From contig NIVC01002727.1 in the NCBI GenBank assembly GCA_002269645.1, positions 1 to 64,000 on the forward strand: DNA of 64,000 nt, written 5' to 3'. Made by a program: the position numbers and the translations under genes. Positions 1 through 12,930 of this stretch are shown here, in pieces; the first letter of the stretch is position 1; each line of letters begins with the position of its first letter. The notes under the pieces are model-generated. The model ran no database searches. It was not told where the DNA came from and was given only the letters and a program-made list of their open reading frames with translations. This DNA is from Macrostomum lignano. Its lineage: Eukaryota.

Positions 1-410
1 TTCGTTGATATTCATTATTATTACTTTTAGAAATAAATCGACTAGGCTTATTTCATAAAAATACAAGCAGAATGTAGTAATGTAAAGTTCACCTGCATCA
101 GCATCACTGTTATCCAAGTATGGCATCATATTATTCACATTTTCACTAGCGAATCATTATCACTTCATTATTTTTAAAAACAATTCGCCACCACATAATC
201 TGAGCAAGACAAAATAAGAAATTTGCTATTTAAAATGAAAACGTTTTGTAAATTGCAATTTCATACTGTTTCTTCCACTTGCTTATTCTTAAGTTGAGTA
301 AATGTTTTAAAAAAGTTGATTTTTATTTTTTTACTTGAATTTCGCTAAAAGAGGCAGACATTTTGTTTATATTTTAACGCCTACAGGCTTTTCACATTAC
401 AATACAGAAC

Positions 411-1104
411 CAAGGACGACTTAAGTAAAGGACGGGAAACCTCGTTTCTTAGAAAAGTTTTGAAGGCACTTTTTCCCGAAAAAATACACTACGGAGATAG
501 AAGTTTTCATTTTTTTCAGCAACAAAAATTGTTATTGCGTTTGATAGGAGGCAGATCAGTGTTCATCTTTTGATATGTTGTGCCTTTTTTATGCTCTATC
601 GATATTTTTAAAGCTTTTCGTTCAGAAAATTAGGATTCTATGTTAATTTTTTATTCTACGTATATTTCCTGTATCTAAAAATCACAAAAATGCATGACAC
701 AGCTCCAATATTTGGTTTATGAACCTATTTTATCATCTCTGTTACAAATATTTGCTACACAGTCGGGTAAGAATTATAAAAAAGACTCATGAAGCTAAAG
801 AGCCGAGCCGTGGCATTCTAATGTATTTCAAGCACAAAACACGCGAAAATATACGTAGAATAAAAAATTAACATAGAATCCTCATTTTCTGAACGAAAAG
901 CTTTATTAATATCGATAGAGCAATAAAAAAGGTACAACATATCAAAAGATGAACACTGGATCTGCCTCCTATCAAACGCAATAACAATTTTTGTGCTGAA
1001 AAAATGAAAACTTCCTATCTCCGTAGTGTATTTTTCGGGAAAAAGTGCCTTCAAAACTTTTCTAAGAAACGAGGTTTCCCGTCCTTCTACTTAAGTCGTC
1101 CTTG
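411..1104. mobile_element. Non-autonomous DNA transposon (MITE), P/hAT-like, copy 1
   Basis: ~255-bp inverted termini: CAAGGACGACTTAAGTA... at 411 and ...TACTTAAGTCGTCCTTG ending at 1104. The flanking 8-mers TACAGAAC and ACCAGAAC match at 6/8, consistent with a decayed TSD. Same family as 36019-36570. Confidence 0.85.
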
Positions 1105-1118
1105 ACCAGAACTATATA

Positions 1119-4100
1119 GGGTGATTCTCATCGAGAGGTTTCGGAGGTTTTGAGGTTTTCAGAGGTTTCATTTCGAACAAATATTTTTGCACAAAAACTT
1201 TAATACTGTAAAAAATTGAAATCTTACTGAAATTTACTAATGAATACAAATTTTCTTCAGAAAATAGCTTGGAGGTTTTGGATTCTTTTTACTTTTGCTT
1301 TTGATAGGCACGCGCGGAAATTATTTAACTTAGGCAACTATTTTCATGCTTAGAAAGTGGTTTTTTAAAAACTACGCAACACAACACACTGGTAATATCA
1401 TCGTTGTTGCCATTGGCATTTACATTCAAGGTGCGTAAAATAAAAAAATATTAGACTTGAAGGCGCTGCTTGAAATATACTGAAAACATATAGACAGCTG
1501 TTTCATCCGTTTCCCGTTTTTAGTTTTGAGTGCTGCTGCTGCTGCATACCATTTTGCATTCGAATTATGTTATAACATTGATGTGATGTTATGTTATGTT
1601 ATGACATACTGCCTCACAGAAGTAAATAGCAGAATTATTGTTGTCTCAATTTTTTTTATAAATAACTGAGGGCCTGGAATTACAAGTATGGATTTTACTT
1701 TTAATTACTTAAAGCAGAGCATTTTACTTTTAATCATAAAATTAATTTCAATTACTAAAAGCTATTAGCTTTCTTTCATAAATAACACTAGTTGCACAAC
1801 TGTTACTGCTGACAAAAGCTCTAACACGTTAGAGTTAGTTCTTATACAAACAAAATGCTTGCAGTGCAGTAAGACTTTGTACATGTAATGCACCACCTTT
1901 GTTTGATGCTAAAAATCTATGTTGAGCAATAAACTTGATAGCTGATACCAATACATTTACTAGAGTTAAAACTAAAAAGTCATTGGACACATTTTTGGCA
2001 TTGTTTATTTTAAAATAATATAATTTCTTCAATATAAATGTATTGGCATCTTTAAAGATTGCAAGAATAAATGTTTAGGAAAATCATTATGTCAAATAAT
2101 ATTGACTTTTGAAATTGATTGTTTATGAAAAGTTATAGATGAAAGTAATCAATACCCTTTATTTCAACATGCTTTGTTTCAGCTGCCAATACCATGCCTG
2201 AACTACCGCTTGCCTGGTCTCCTGCCTGCATTCTGAGCCTGTACAGGCCAACAATGCTTCATGTTTGTCTAATCTAATAACAGGCATTATGGCATTCCAT
2301 GTCCTATACCCACTTATGTTGCGACTCAGTGCAACCTAGCTCGCCACCCTTAGAGCTTTGGCAGGCTGGTTGCTTTTGTGGTGGCAATTGGTTTGGTTGT
2401 CAGCATACAGAATATGGCTGTGCTCTAGCTACTAACCAGATGACATAACCGATAGCCTAGGGGCTAATCTACTGCGCACTACCTTCGAGATGAGTGACTG
2501 AAGTTCTTCAACTGCTTGCTGGCTGCATGACGCGCTACAGCCTTCGTTTTTGCAGGCATCGTCTTTCATATGCGCATTAACTCCCAAAGTTAAGAACTTC
2601 ACTTTCATCTGAGTAAATAAAGACAAGACTTATATTCTCTCATGTACAGATCTGAAATGTGAACTTTTAAACAATTTTGATTTGACTCTCAAAGAATATT
2701 TATAATATAGTGTATTTAGGCAATGTAACAGCAATGTATGGATAAATATACATTACTGATAGAGAAAATACAAAACGTTCCTTCTTTGTTTTTTGAAATG
2801 CATTCTTGCAATGTTCGATGTTTTACAAATGTAAGGCTTAAAAATAAGGCAAGACCGATTGGCAACTACGTGAAGCTCATTTGCTTGGATCAAGCTTGCG
2901 CAGTTGACGCATGCTGGCTGACATTGGATTATCTATCAGACTTGGAGTCTCGCCGCACTAAACCCTTGAAAAAATGTTAGCCAGCCTTTTGAGATGCAGC
3001 ATAGCATTCCAGGTTCAATGGCATGTCTATGAAGATTGCATCCTATATTGTCAAGACCACCGACGTGATCGAGACCTCAATATTGTAGGGTGAGGAACAT
3101 GGGCGATGCTTCTCAGTGCGCGGTTTCCGCTACTGCCAGCAAAGTACTATTGGGCAGTTGCATTATGTCAGTTGTAGTGAGTTCCATTTGGATCAGTAAC
3201 ACTCGGCTGCTGCTGCTGGACAAAAATGATTCGTGTGAGTTCCCTTGGCAAAATTCCCACAGGGCAATCAGGTGGGCTGCAAATTCCTCTCCAAGATTGG
3301 CACCAGCATGTCTGACATTGCTTTTCATGGCCTCCAATTGAGACTATCGAACCAGTTGATTTTTATGCTGGAAGCCCAAAAATGTGACAATGGGACTTGA
3401 GTGATGCAATGATGAGCAAAAACGCTGAAGTCGAGCCGCGCCAAAAGCATATCGCGCCAACCGCGACTTCTAGAAGCATATCATCATGAGCAATGGTATT
3501 TTAGTAGGCCATTGCTTTGCACAAATTTCCATAGTTTGATGGGTTCTGGAAAGATGGCATGATTGAGAAATACAATGTTAGTCTTACATTTTAGTATATG
3601 GGTCTAGTGTAAGTACTTAACATCACAAGAAAATCTAAAGATTTAGAGCCTTCTCCCCAACATGGTTGGCACCATGCATTTCATTGGCATGATAACTACT
3701 GTGGATGATAAGAGAGTATATTTGTTTAATATTAAAACAAATATTTTTATTAAAAATTGAATAAAAATGTGATAACTAGACATACATAAGTACAAGCTAC
3801 TATTTACTTTGAATATTTTCATAAAAAGACAAAAACTAAAGCAAGTTACTAATGTATAAGAGTAATAGAAATTGTACTCGACTATATCAACTTAAATTAT
3901 AACTGAATATAAAGCTATTAATGAATTATATTTAAAATAAAAGCATAAACATTTCAGATCATTAGAGCTTTCAATTTTATAGGTAGAGGTAAAGCAATAA
4001 AATAAAAAATTGCCATTTTTAAAGCTTTGTGTAGAGAATACTAGTATTAGAGGCTTAGGTAATAAATTTTTATCTTATGTGCATCATGTGTTAGAATTTA

Positions 4101-4804
4101 GGATGATGATGTAAAAATAATAAATACTATAAAATAGAAAAATAAAATTTTTAGTATATTGGATGTAAAATAAAAAAGAATATCAAATAAGTGAAATAAA
4201 ATAAATATATTTTACAATATAGATGCCTAGTAAAATACTTAGGGCCTTTAGTTAGTTAGACTAACAATCTATATTAAATAGCGACTGATACTGACTTGAT
4301 GAAAAAATACTGACTTGGTCTTGTTAGTCTTAATTTAGTTAGTCTGGCTTAAAAATTGATAGCTTTCTTAAGACCAAGTCAAAAACAATATGAAATTCGT
4401 ATTGGTAAATAGTGTCTGTTTTTAATTACATGGACAGGTCTAGTACAAATTAGGATAGTTGCGAATATGCATTCAAAGGGAACAACACACACTTGAGACT
4501 ATTCGCAACTTTGCACTTATAAAATGAAAAGGAAACAATGAAAATGGCATGGCATAAAATGTGTCGTTGACTACCACTTCGCATAAAAACAGTTAAATAA
4601 TTTCCGCGCGTGCCTATCAGAAGCAAAATTAAAAAGAATCCGAAACCTCCGAGCTATTTTCTAAAGAAAATTTGTATTCATTAGTAAATTTCAGTAAGAT
4701 TTCAATTTTTTTACAGTATTAAAAGTTTTGTGCAAAAATATTTGTTCGAAATGAAACCTCTGAAAAACCTCAAAACCTCCGAAACCTCTCGATGAGAATC
4801 ACCC
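1119..4804. mobile_element. Mutator-like (MULE) element, apparently non-autonomous or decayed
   Basis: Inverted termini of >=210 bp (GGGTGATTCTCATCGAGAGG... / ...CCTCTCGATGAGAATCACCC). Perfect 9-bp direct repeat AACTATATA at 1110-1118 and 4805-4813. Long TIRs with a 9-bp TSD are the established MULE signature. No long ORF inside. Confidence 0.8.
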
Positions 4805-6291
4805 AACTATATAGAATTGGTTCGGATCTGCCAAGAAAAAAGCAGTATAACTATTTACCTTGGTTGAATGTTTGACAGTCTTAACAGCCTCACTTTGGAC
4901 GATTTTTCACTCTCTTCTTGACTATTGCCATTCAATAATTAGAACTTAACTTAAAATTACAATTAAAAGCACTAGGACCCGTAGTGGTGGTGGTAACGTA
5001 GTACGAGCGTAATTTAGTAGTCGATAATTTAAGTGCTACATGTTGTACTAGCACTTTTGCTTTCCTCTTACAATTTGATACCCCAGCGGTCGTTGAATCA
5101 GGACTTGAATAGGAATGTGGCAAAAGCTCAGGGAATAAACCCGCCGGTCTCCTCGGGGTGCAGGTGCAGTTGAGTATAAACAGCGATCTACACGCACTCG
5201 TATCTATAAAACAAAGCAGCATTTGTCCCGATGCTCGCTTCAAATTCAACTTTCTGCGTAGGTTTCAGCATAAGCAACCGATACAGGTGTTTATTTGCAC
5301 AGGCGCTTCTGGTTCCTGTCGATTTTCTAAATGTTGAGTTACAATCCATGCATTACAGCCAGTGGGATTCATGTGCACGTTGCAAGCAAGCCGCTTGAAA
5401 TGACGATTCAAAATTTAAACAGCAAAGCTTGTAACGGTGATTAAACTGACTGAAATATCTGCGTGCACACTTTTTATAATGTTATATAAAAAATCAGCTC
5501 AGCATTCCTTGTATTACAATACATATACGTATAGCTTGATAAGAACAAGAAATTGCACTTGCATTTTTCTGGTTGAGTGTCTCAGAAAATGAATTATACT
5601 TAGTTAGACAGAGAGCGCAATTATAATCGCTGGAAATGCATTTCGAATGGCTCGAATGCATATTAAACAAAATCTACTACAGAATCTTGGCATGTTTTTT
5701 TCAATCTATTGCATCCCCTGAGCAGAATAAGGGATCAAATTGCGTGATCGAAAGAGTTTGTACTGCTTGTACGTAATTAAATAGACAAATTCGGTTAAGA
5801 AAAATCTGCACTAGAAAAGCGTAGAAACCTGGATCTTCTGAAAATAAAGCTTTTTTTGGGGATTGCTACCATATTTTATATCTTGTCGTTGCAAAACCGC
5901 GCCAAATTGAACTCGAAAAGTCTACGATGTACTTTTGTATGTGTATAAAGTGACTTAATCAGAGATGACAAACTTCACGAATTTATACATGTACTCGTAT
6001 TGAAAAACATTATTATGCACCCTAACCATGAAAAACGAATAACTATAAGATTCATAATTTATCAATTTCAGCTTGCAAAAATTAGAATAAGGAAAAGGAG
6101 AAAAGGTGATGAATATACAATGAATATAAAAATATACAATTCAGGCAACTGAATCATGAAGGTTCGGCTCGTGCATTACACTAGAATGGATTTTGTCAGA
6201 ATTGATTATAGTATCGTTTTCCCTGCGAAGTTCGAAATTGAAGGCTCATTTGTTCGAATTCGAAAGCAAAACGGTGAACGATCTTTTTAAG

Positions 6292-7579
6292 GCCCACATC
6301 GTCACAATTCCTAAGAAGCCGGGCACCACAAGGCTTGAGGAGCATTGAGGTATCTGCCTTCAGTCCTGCGCTGCGATGCTGCTATCGCGGTTGCAGCCCG
6401 TGCTGGATCCGTACCTGCGTCCTGAGCAGAACGACTTCCGGCCCCATCGCGGCACATTGACGCAGATCCTGGCTCTTTGCCGAGTCATCTAGGAGGCGCG
6501 GACACGCCAGTCGATCCTGATTGTAATCTTCATAGATTTCAAGAAGGCATTCGACTCGGTCATCAGCTCTGTGCTCCCAAAGGTGCTCCGTGCGTACAAC
6601 GCGTGCCAGAGCATCTGATTTCCGCAATCATGGTGATGTACCGCCTATCGGACTTCTTTGAGACATCCTCCGGGGTGCTTCAAGGAGATACGCTTGCGCC
6701 GTTTCTGTTCGTTCTGGTGCTTGACTGGGTGCTGAAGACCGCTATTCCTACCTACGACCACGGCTTTCTGTTGCGGCAGCGCGTGGGTCGACGTAAACCG
6801 GAGAGACGGCTCAGCGTGCTTGGCTACGCCAACGATCTCGCACTGTCGTCTTCAACTGTCGAGGCTGCCCAGCGACAGCTGGAAAAGCTAGTTGCTGTTG
6901 CGGCGAGTGTCGGGCTAGTTGCCAACACGCAGAAAATCGTCGTGCTCTGCGTGCCGGACGACATCGAGGCTGCGATTTTGTGCCGAGGCGCTGATAGAGA
7001 GACAGCAGAGCTTCCGCGTTGTCAGCAGTTCGTCTACCTCGGCGGTCTGGTTCCCGGTGTCCGCGAGGATTTGCGGTGTCGCCGCGGGCTTGCCTGGGCT
7101 CCTTTCGTTCTGTGAGGGCAGTCCTGCAGTCTGAGGCCTTACATGACCGCCAGAGGGCGGCGTTGTTCCAGGCAGTGATCGAGACCGTCCTGCTGTACGA
7201 CGCCGAGACCTGGACGCTGACGGAGCCACTCTAGCAACAAGTTGACGCGGCGCATGCTGGCCTGCTGCGCGCCGCCTTCAAGATCGGCTACGAGCAAGTG
7301 ACCAACGCGGCTTTGTATCGCCGCGCCGGCCTCGTCCGTCCAAGCGATGTGTTCCGCCGTCGGCGACTCCAGCTGGCAGGCCACATCATCCGCGCCGAGT
7401 AGTACTGCCCACAACCGGTGCAGAAGGTGCTGCTGCTAACGCTGCAGACACCCTACTGGAAGGGGCAGGCCCGCACTCGCCGTTTCGTCGACTGCCTGCT
7501 GGCTGCAGACGCCGGCGCCCCGGATATGGCCGGCGGCGTGGCGTTCATTCGCGACCTGACCTTGAGGCGCGCCTTGTGA
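6292..7579 (+). pseudogene. 5'-truncated, decayed non-LTR retrotransposon reverse transcriptase (RTE-like LINE)
   Basis: Translates across stops and frameshifts as HIVTIPKK...LDPYLRPEQNDFRPHRG...IFIDFKKAFDSV...GVLQGDTLAPFLFVLVLDWVL...LGYANDLAL (YADD site reads YAND)...FVYLG...FQAVIETVLLYDAETWTLT. Confidence 0.9.
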
Positions 7580-8523
7580 CGCTGAAAACCTCGCCAACAT
7601 GCACTCAGCAACTTGTAAAGTTTCCACCCCGAAACCAGCAGTCAACAAGTGCCAGCTCGAAGCAAAATGAGCCATAACTCTCCACTTTTTCCTCACCAGC
7701 CTAAGCTGGGGGCCTCGGAACTTGCATCACCCATAGTTGAGCCAGGAACTGCAGGCGTAATGTTGTGAATTGCATCCCTTGTGGTCTGAGATCAGAAAAC
7801 AGTTGAAACGTGTTGCTGAGTTTGAGAAGAAACTGAGCCATATGATCTCGGCATGATTTGAGTCAGGAGTCGGAAGTCAATACTTATTCCGCCAGGTCAC
7901 TGCCTGGCTCAGCAGTATGCAGTGCAGAGCCTAGATCTGCTTATACTGCAGACAACTCATTCCCAAGCTCGCCCATCTCAATTAATCGTTACGATATGAA
8001 AATTATCGGAAAAATTTTTATCTGCAAGCATACAATTATCCTGTGCTGTCTGTGCAATCATTGGCGAAATAAATACATGTAGGATTGTCTGTAGTTCAAT
8101 AGTAATGCAGTTGTACTTTATATCGGAGTGAGCTACACTTGGCGGACCCGCCCATCTCTCTGGCTAAAAAACTTTGCTTTGATGCGTGGAAGCTGACGTA
8201 ATTATATTGATACAGCCGTGGGATTGCACCGGCTTGCGCCTGGGGGAATAAAAAACTCCGCGTTCTCAGCTATTATTTTTCAGTTGAATGCAAGCCTCCT
8301 CTTCCACCCCAGCAACCTGCAGTAGCCGCCGCCCCTATGAGATGCTGCTGGCAATTCAATTCAATTTTTACGACCTACGCCCATCCTTTGGGTCCGCGGT
8401 GCAGCTGATGCGGAGGCAAGGCAGGGAGTTGTTAATAAACCCGGCAGGCTCTTTGCCTCACCGCTGATATGACAGTGATTATTGTTGTGCATGGAGCTCT
8501 AAAAAATATAATCTGGATTAGTA

Positions 8524-9037
8524 TTATTAGTGTCTGACTTACAGTGTAGTGTCTCTTATTAGTGTCTGACTTACAGTGTAGTGTCTCTTATTAGTGTCTG
8601 ACTTACAGTGTAGTGTCTCTTATTCTGACTTAGAGTGTCGTGTCTCTTACTAGTGTCTGACTTACAGTGTAGGGTCTCTTATTAGTGTCTGACTTACAGT
8701 GTAGTGTCTCTTATTAGTGTCTGACTTACAGTGTAGTGTCTCTTATTAGTGTCTGACTTACAGTGTAGTGTCTCTTATTAGTGTCTGACTTACAGTGTAG
8801 TGTCTCTTATTAGTGTCTGACTTACAGTGTAGTGTCTCTTATTAGTGTCTGACTTACAGTGTAGTGTCTCTTATTAGTGTCTGACTTACAGTGTAGTGTC
8901 TCTTATTAGTGTCTGACTTACAGTGTAGTGTCTCTTATTAGTGTCTGACTTACAGTGTAGTGTCTCTTATTAGTGTCTGACTTACAGTGTAGTGTCTCTT
9001 ATTAGTGTCTGACTTACAGTGTAGTGTCTCTGATTAG
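8524..9037. repeat. 32-bp minisatellite, about 16 copies
   Basis: Unit ATTAGTGTCTGACTTACAGTGTAGTGTCTCTT, near-perfect copies. Confidence 0.95.
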
Positions 9038-9830
9038 TTTGGATTTCCTATTCGATTTTTTTATACGAGCTAAATGATAGTGTATATGGGTAATGAAATT
9101 ATGCAAATGTCGTTCGAGTGCCATGCAGTGCCGTACTCAGCGCTGACTGATTAATACCCACGAAAAAGCGCAGCCAGCAGATCAATAACAGCACTCGTTG
9201 ACCTCATCATGTTTTAGTGCTTTAGCCTGGCTTGTAAAATCTGTTTACTTGCTCACAAGTAGCAACAGCTGGACTTCTTGAGCACCTGTTCACTTCCTTA
9301 TTTCTACAGTAGACACACAATGACAATAGGCTTTAAGGCTGGACGTTTAATAACAGCGCTGAAGAAAACTTGCCTAGTTAACAAATATTAATTAGGGGTT
9401 TTGTTTGTTCATATTTTACTATTGAAACTGGTCATACGATCGTACTTGGTGTACTTGATAAAATCTCAAACAGGAAGCATCTCTTACGGAATCGCTGGCA
9501 CCGAATAGTTTTGTCCTATAATAAATTCGGATTTCACCAATTCGCGGAATCAACGAGCCGTGATGGATCGCTTTGTACCAATAAATCCGGCAATTTCCAG
9601 TGAGTTGCCGGATCAGCAGTCATCGGTATCGGGATCAGTTGCTGAGGAGCGGGCCTCCTGTACCCTCTACTCAGATCTTATCCTATCGCATTGCATTTCT
9701 CGCAACTTAATTTTCACTATTCCTATGGAGCCCGCCCTGATCCGCAAACCGGTTCCCCAATGTCTATCCGCAAATCTCTGTTTAGCATTTGGTCACTTGC
9801 GCCAACAAGTCCAACTGTTTACTCAGTGGC

Positions 9831-10854
9831 TCATTGCCCAGCGTCGAAGCAGTTATTCACCAGATACGTCATCACCGCGTCCGAGAAGAGCCGCGACTGT
9901 CGCAGCCGGTTGAGCATCTTCTCCTGCTCGGAGCCGTCGGTCAGGAACACGATCTTGTCCTGCAGGCCGGTGAGGTACAGCAGCGGCACCAGAAGCCGGC
10001 GCAGCAGGTAGGGCAGCCGGTAGAGCACGGCGTACGCAATCTGGCAGGGCAGCAGTTTGAGCACCTCGGCAACCGAGCTCACGGTGTCCACCGTGCAGTG
10101 ACTTGGGTTCAGGTGGGCGCAGTCGAAGAACAGACAGACGCCGTGCTGAGTTTTCGGCAAATATCTGGAGAAGATTGGGTGCCGAAAATTTCGGCGTGCA
10201 ACTAATTGGCTTTAAACCTGATTTGAAAAGTACATAATTCGCTCGCGGTAAAATCACTAAAATCGGATTTCTAAATTTAGCAGTTCATACTCGATACAAA
10301 CGATGATGAAGTGGAACAGGTGCGCCAGGTAGGCGGGCAGATCGGCCACGGCGAGTCCCATGGAGCTGCGCAGGCTGAAGGACGAGAAAATAACCGGCCG
10401 GCCCAGAGTGTCCAACCCGGCCATCTCGATGAGGTGGAAGCCCGGCTTGTGCAAGCAGACGGTGCAGACCTCGATGTTGCCCAGCCCGAGCCGTCGGTAG
10501 GTCCGGCGGATGGCCTCGAGCCGCTCCAGCGCCGTAGCGGGCTGGCAATCGGCGTCAGCGATGGCCCAGGCTTCCAGATCTCCGTTCACCAAGAACTTGC
10601 GCTCTCGCTCGCTGCACTTTTCATCTCGGCGTTTGAACAGGCCGACAAGACTCGATTGCAGGGTGAAGGCGCGGGCGAAGTTCCGGCCGCAGCAGGTGCA
10701 GCAGACCGTGTCCGTGATCAGTTCTTTGTTTGGCTCCGTCAGGCGCTTGACCAGCTCCCTGTCAAAGATGTGCAGCAGTTCGGAGGCGCCGCGCGACACC
10801 ACGTGAACTTGAGGATGCAGCTGCGGTTGCTGCTGCAGCTGCTGTTTTAAGCTC

Positions 10855-10886
<32 letters not shown>

Positions 10887-11033
10887 CTGTTGCAGCTGCT
10901 TCAAAGCAATCGACGACTTCAAAAAATTGTGAGAGTCTTGAACTGTCAGCTGATCTGGTGACTGGTCAGCTGCCTCATCATCTTCCTTACTATTATCGTC
11001 TGAGATGTTCTCGAAAAGATATCCGTCTGACAT
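9831..11033 (-). CDS. CRAL-TRIO/Sec14-like lipid-binding-domain protein with N-terminal polyQ; exons 11033-10291 and 10164-9831, about 358 aa
   Basis: A GT-AG intron (10290-10165) joins the two ORFs in frame (CIE/YLPKTQHGVCLFFDC). The motifs GLDTLGRPVIF, GVCLFFDC, LP-x-x-IAYAVLYRLP and KIVFL follow the CRAL-TRIO pattern. CAG/CAA run at about 10830-10900. Exons are GC-rich. Confidence 0.65.
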
Positions 11034-12930
11034 CTTGACTTGGTTACTTATTGTCTTTGTCGGTGTGGTGCTCTAGCTGAATCATATATTGAGAACGACG
11101 TCTCTCTTCTCGGAGGGATATTCGGTTCGGCCCATAGACATGCAGCGAAGGCTGAAGGATGCGCCAAATATTTAGACAGAGAATTTTTCTGAACAGGTGC
11201 ATGCACAGCTACTTTGCTGGGTCGAAAAGCGGATATGATCCTAATTATGATTGATTGATGGCCCATAGTTTGCACCGGAAGAATTTTATTTATTCTACCC
11301 TCTGTAGACTGTTGGCAGGACTCGATGAACGCTCCCGACTTCACGTCATGCCCCTCTGACTGCCGGATCATGCAAAGCAAACTCAATCGGACGCGCTTCA
11401 AGGAGCTCTACCATTTCACTCATACAGTAAAAGACCGGATGTCGGCATCGTCTTTGATGTCTTAATCTCCTACGAGGACTCCCGACCATGCTTGGTAGGT
11501 GCAGCCAGCTTTGTCAGTAGGAATCACATCTTGCAGCTCCTCGGCAGGGTTGAAAGAGTTTTGAATTAGAATTTTCAAGTCCTCTCAACTACTCGAAACT
11601 TTGGCTTTCTGAACCTTTTCGATTCAGTGAGCCTTGTGAAATTGAGTCTGGACCTCGATGCCAATCTCCATGCTCTGAGTAATGTCAAAGTACGAGTAGC
11701 CACCCTGTTGTAGATGCTAATAGATGTAGAATTCCCCTTAAGCCTTGGAATCCCAGAATTCCCTCTTAAGCTTGTGAAGCTTAAAAACATCTATTGGTTT
11801 CTTTACTTTATACAGCGGATTTAAAGTGTTTGAGACTGTGCTCAAAAACACTAACGGAGTTTGAAGGAAAGATGCGTGAGTTTTATTGATGCCGTGCAGT
11901 GTCTACGACTATACAAGTCTTAAGAACTACAGATGGGTTTTATAGACAAGTACTATAGAAATGCACTTCACAGGCACGATACTTCACAAACATGATACTT
12001 AACAAACACAATACTCACAGACACGATATTCACTTCACAGGCACCACAAACTTCACAAGCGGGATACTTCACAAACGCGATACTTCACAGGCGGGACACT
12101 TCACAAGCAATCATGTGAGCTCAGGCATAAAAAAAGCTCTGTATCAATTGGGCTTATTTGGAATTGGAAATCCGAAAGGCTGACAATCAGCCGTGCCCGC
12201 GCACTTTAAAATCAATAAAATACATGCTTTCTAGTAAGCAGTGCTTTTATTCTTACGTTACTCAACTCAAGTCACCCGCTGCCTGTCAGCCAGCCAGCCA
12301 GTCAAGAGGTCTTTCTGGAGCAGTACTGGTGCTTTCGCAGGGGACGCAATCTTCTAAGACTGCATGTGAAGAAAGGCTGTGTACACTAGTGTGTTTAGTT
12401 CAGTCTTATGGCACCGATGCTAGACACTGCATGGCATCATTCCTGAAATTTTGAATCACCCACGTTGCGGCAAAGATAACGCTGTGCATAGTGATGCGAG
12501 GCAGTGCCTTTCCGTGACAAAGTGATTTGCAGTTTTGGTAGCGAGTTTCTATTAGGCTTAATAGTGCATTTAATTATAATAACCTAATCCGCTGCACAGT
12601 GCCAGTGACCTGAAAAGTTTCTGCCGATACTCAGGGATTGCTACCACAGTTTGTGCAGTTTAGCAGAGCTAAAGTAATCAAAGTGCTCAAAGAAACCGCA
12701 AAAATCCAATTCGCTTATATATAAGATTGCTCAACTCAATTTCCATAATGGGTCATGCGTAGCCTTCTCCGAACTTTGCTGTGTGCTCGGTGCATCAAAT
12801 CAGTCAAAAAACAATCGCAGGATGTGCGGAAGCAGCAATAAAGAGACCCTCTTCGAACACCAGCCAAGGACCCCTAGAAGTCACCGTTAATTCTAGCGGT
12901 CCTTGACACCAGAGTTACAAGTAGGCGAAA

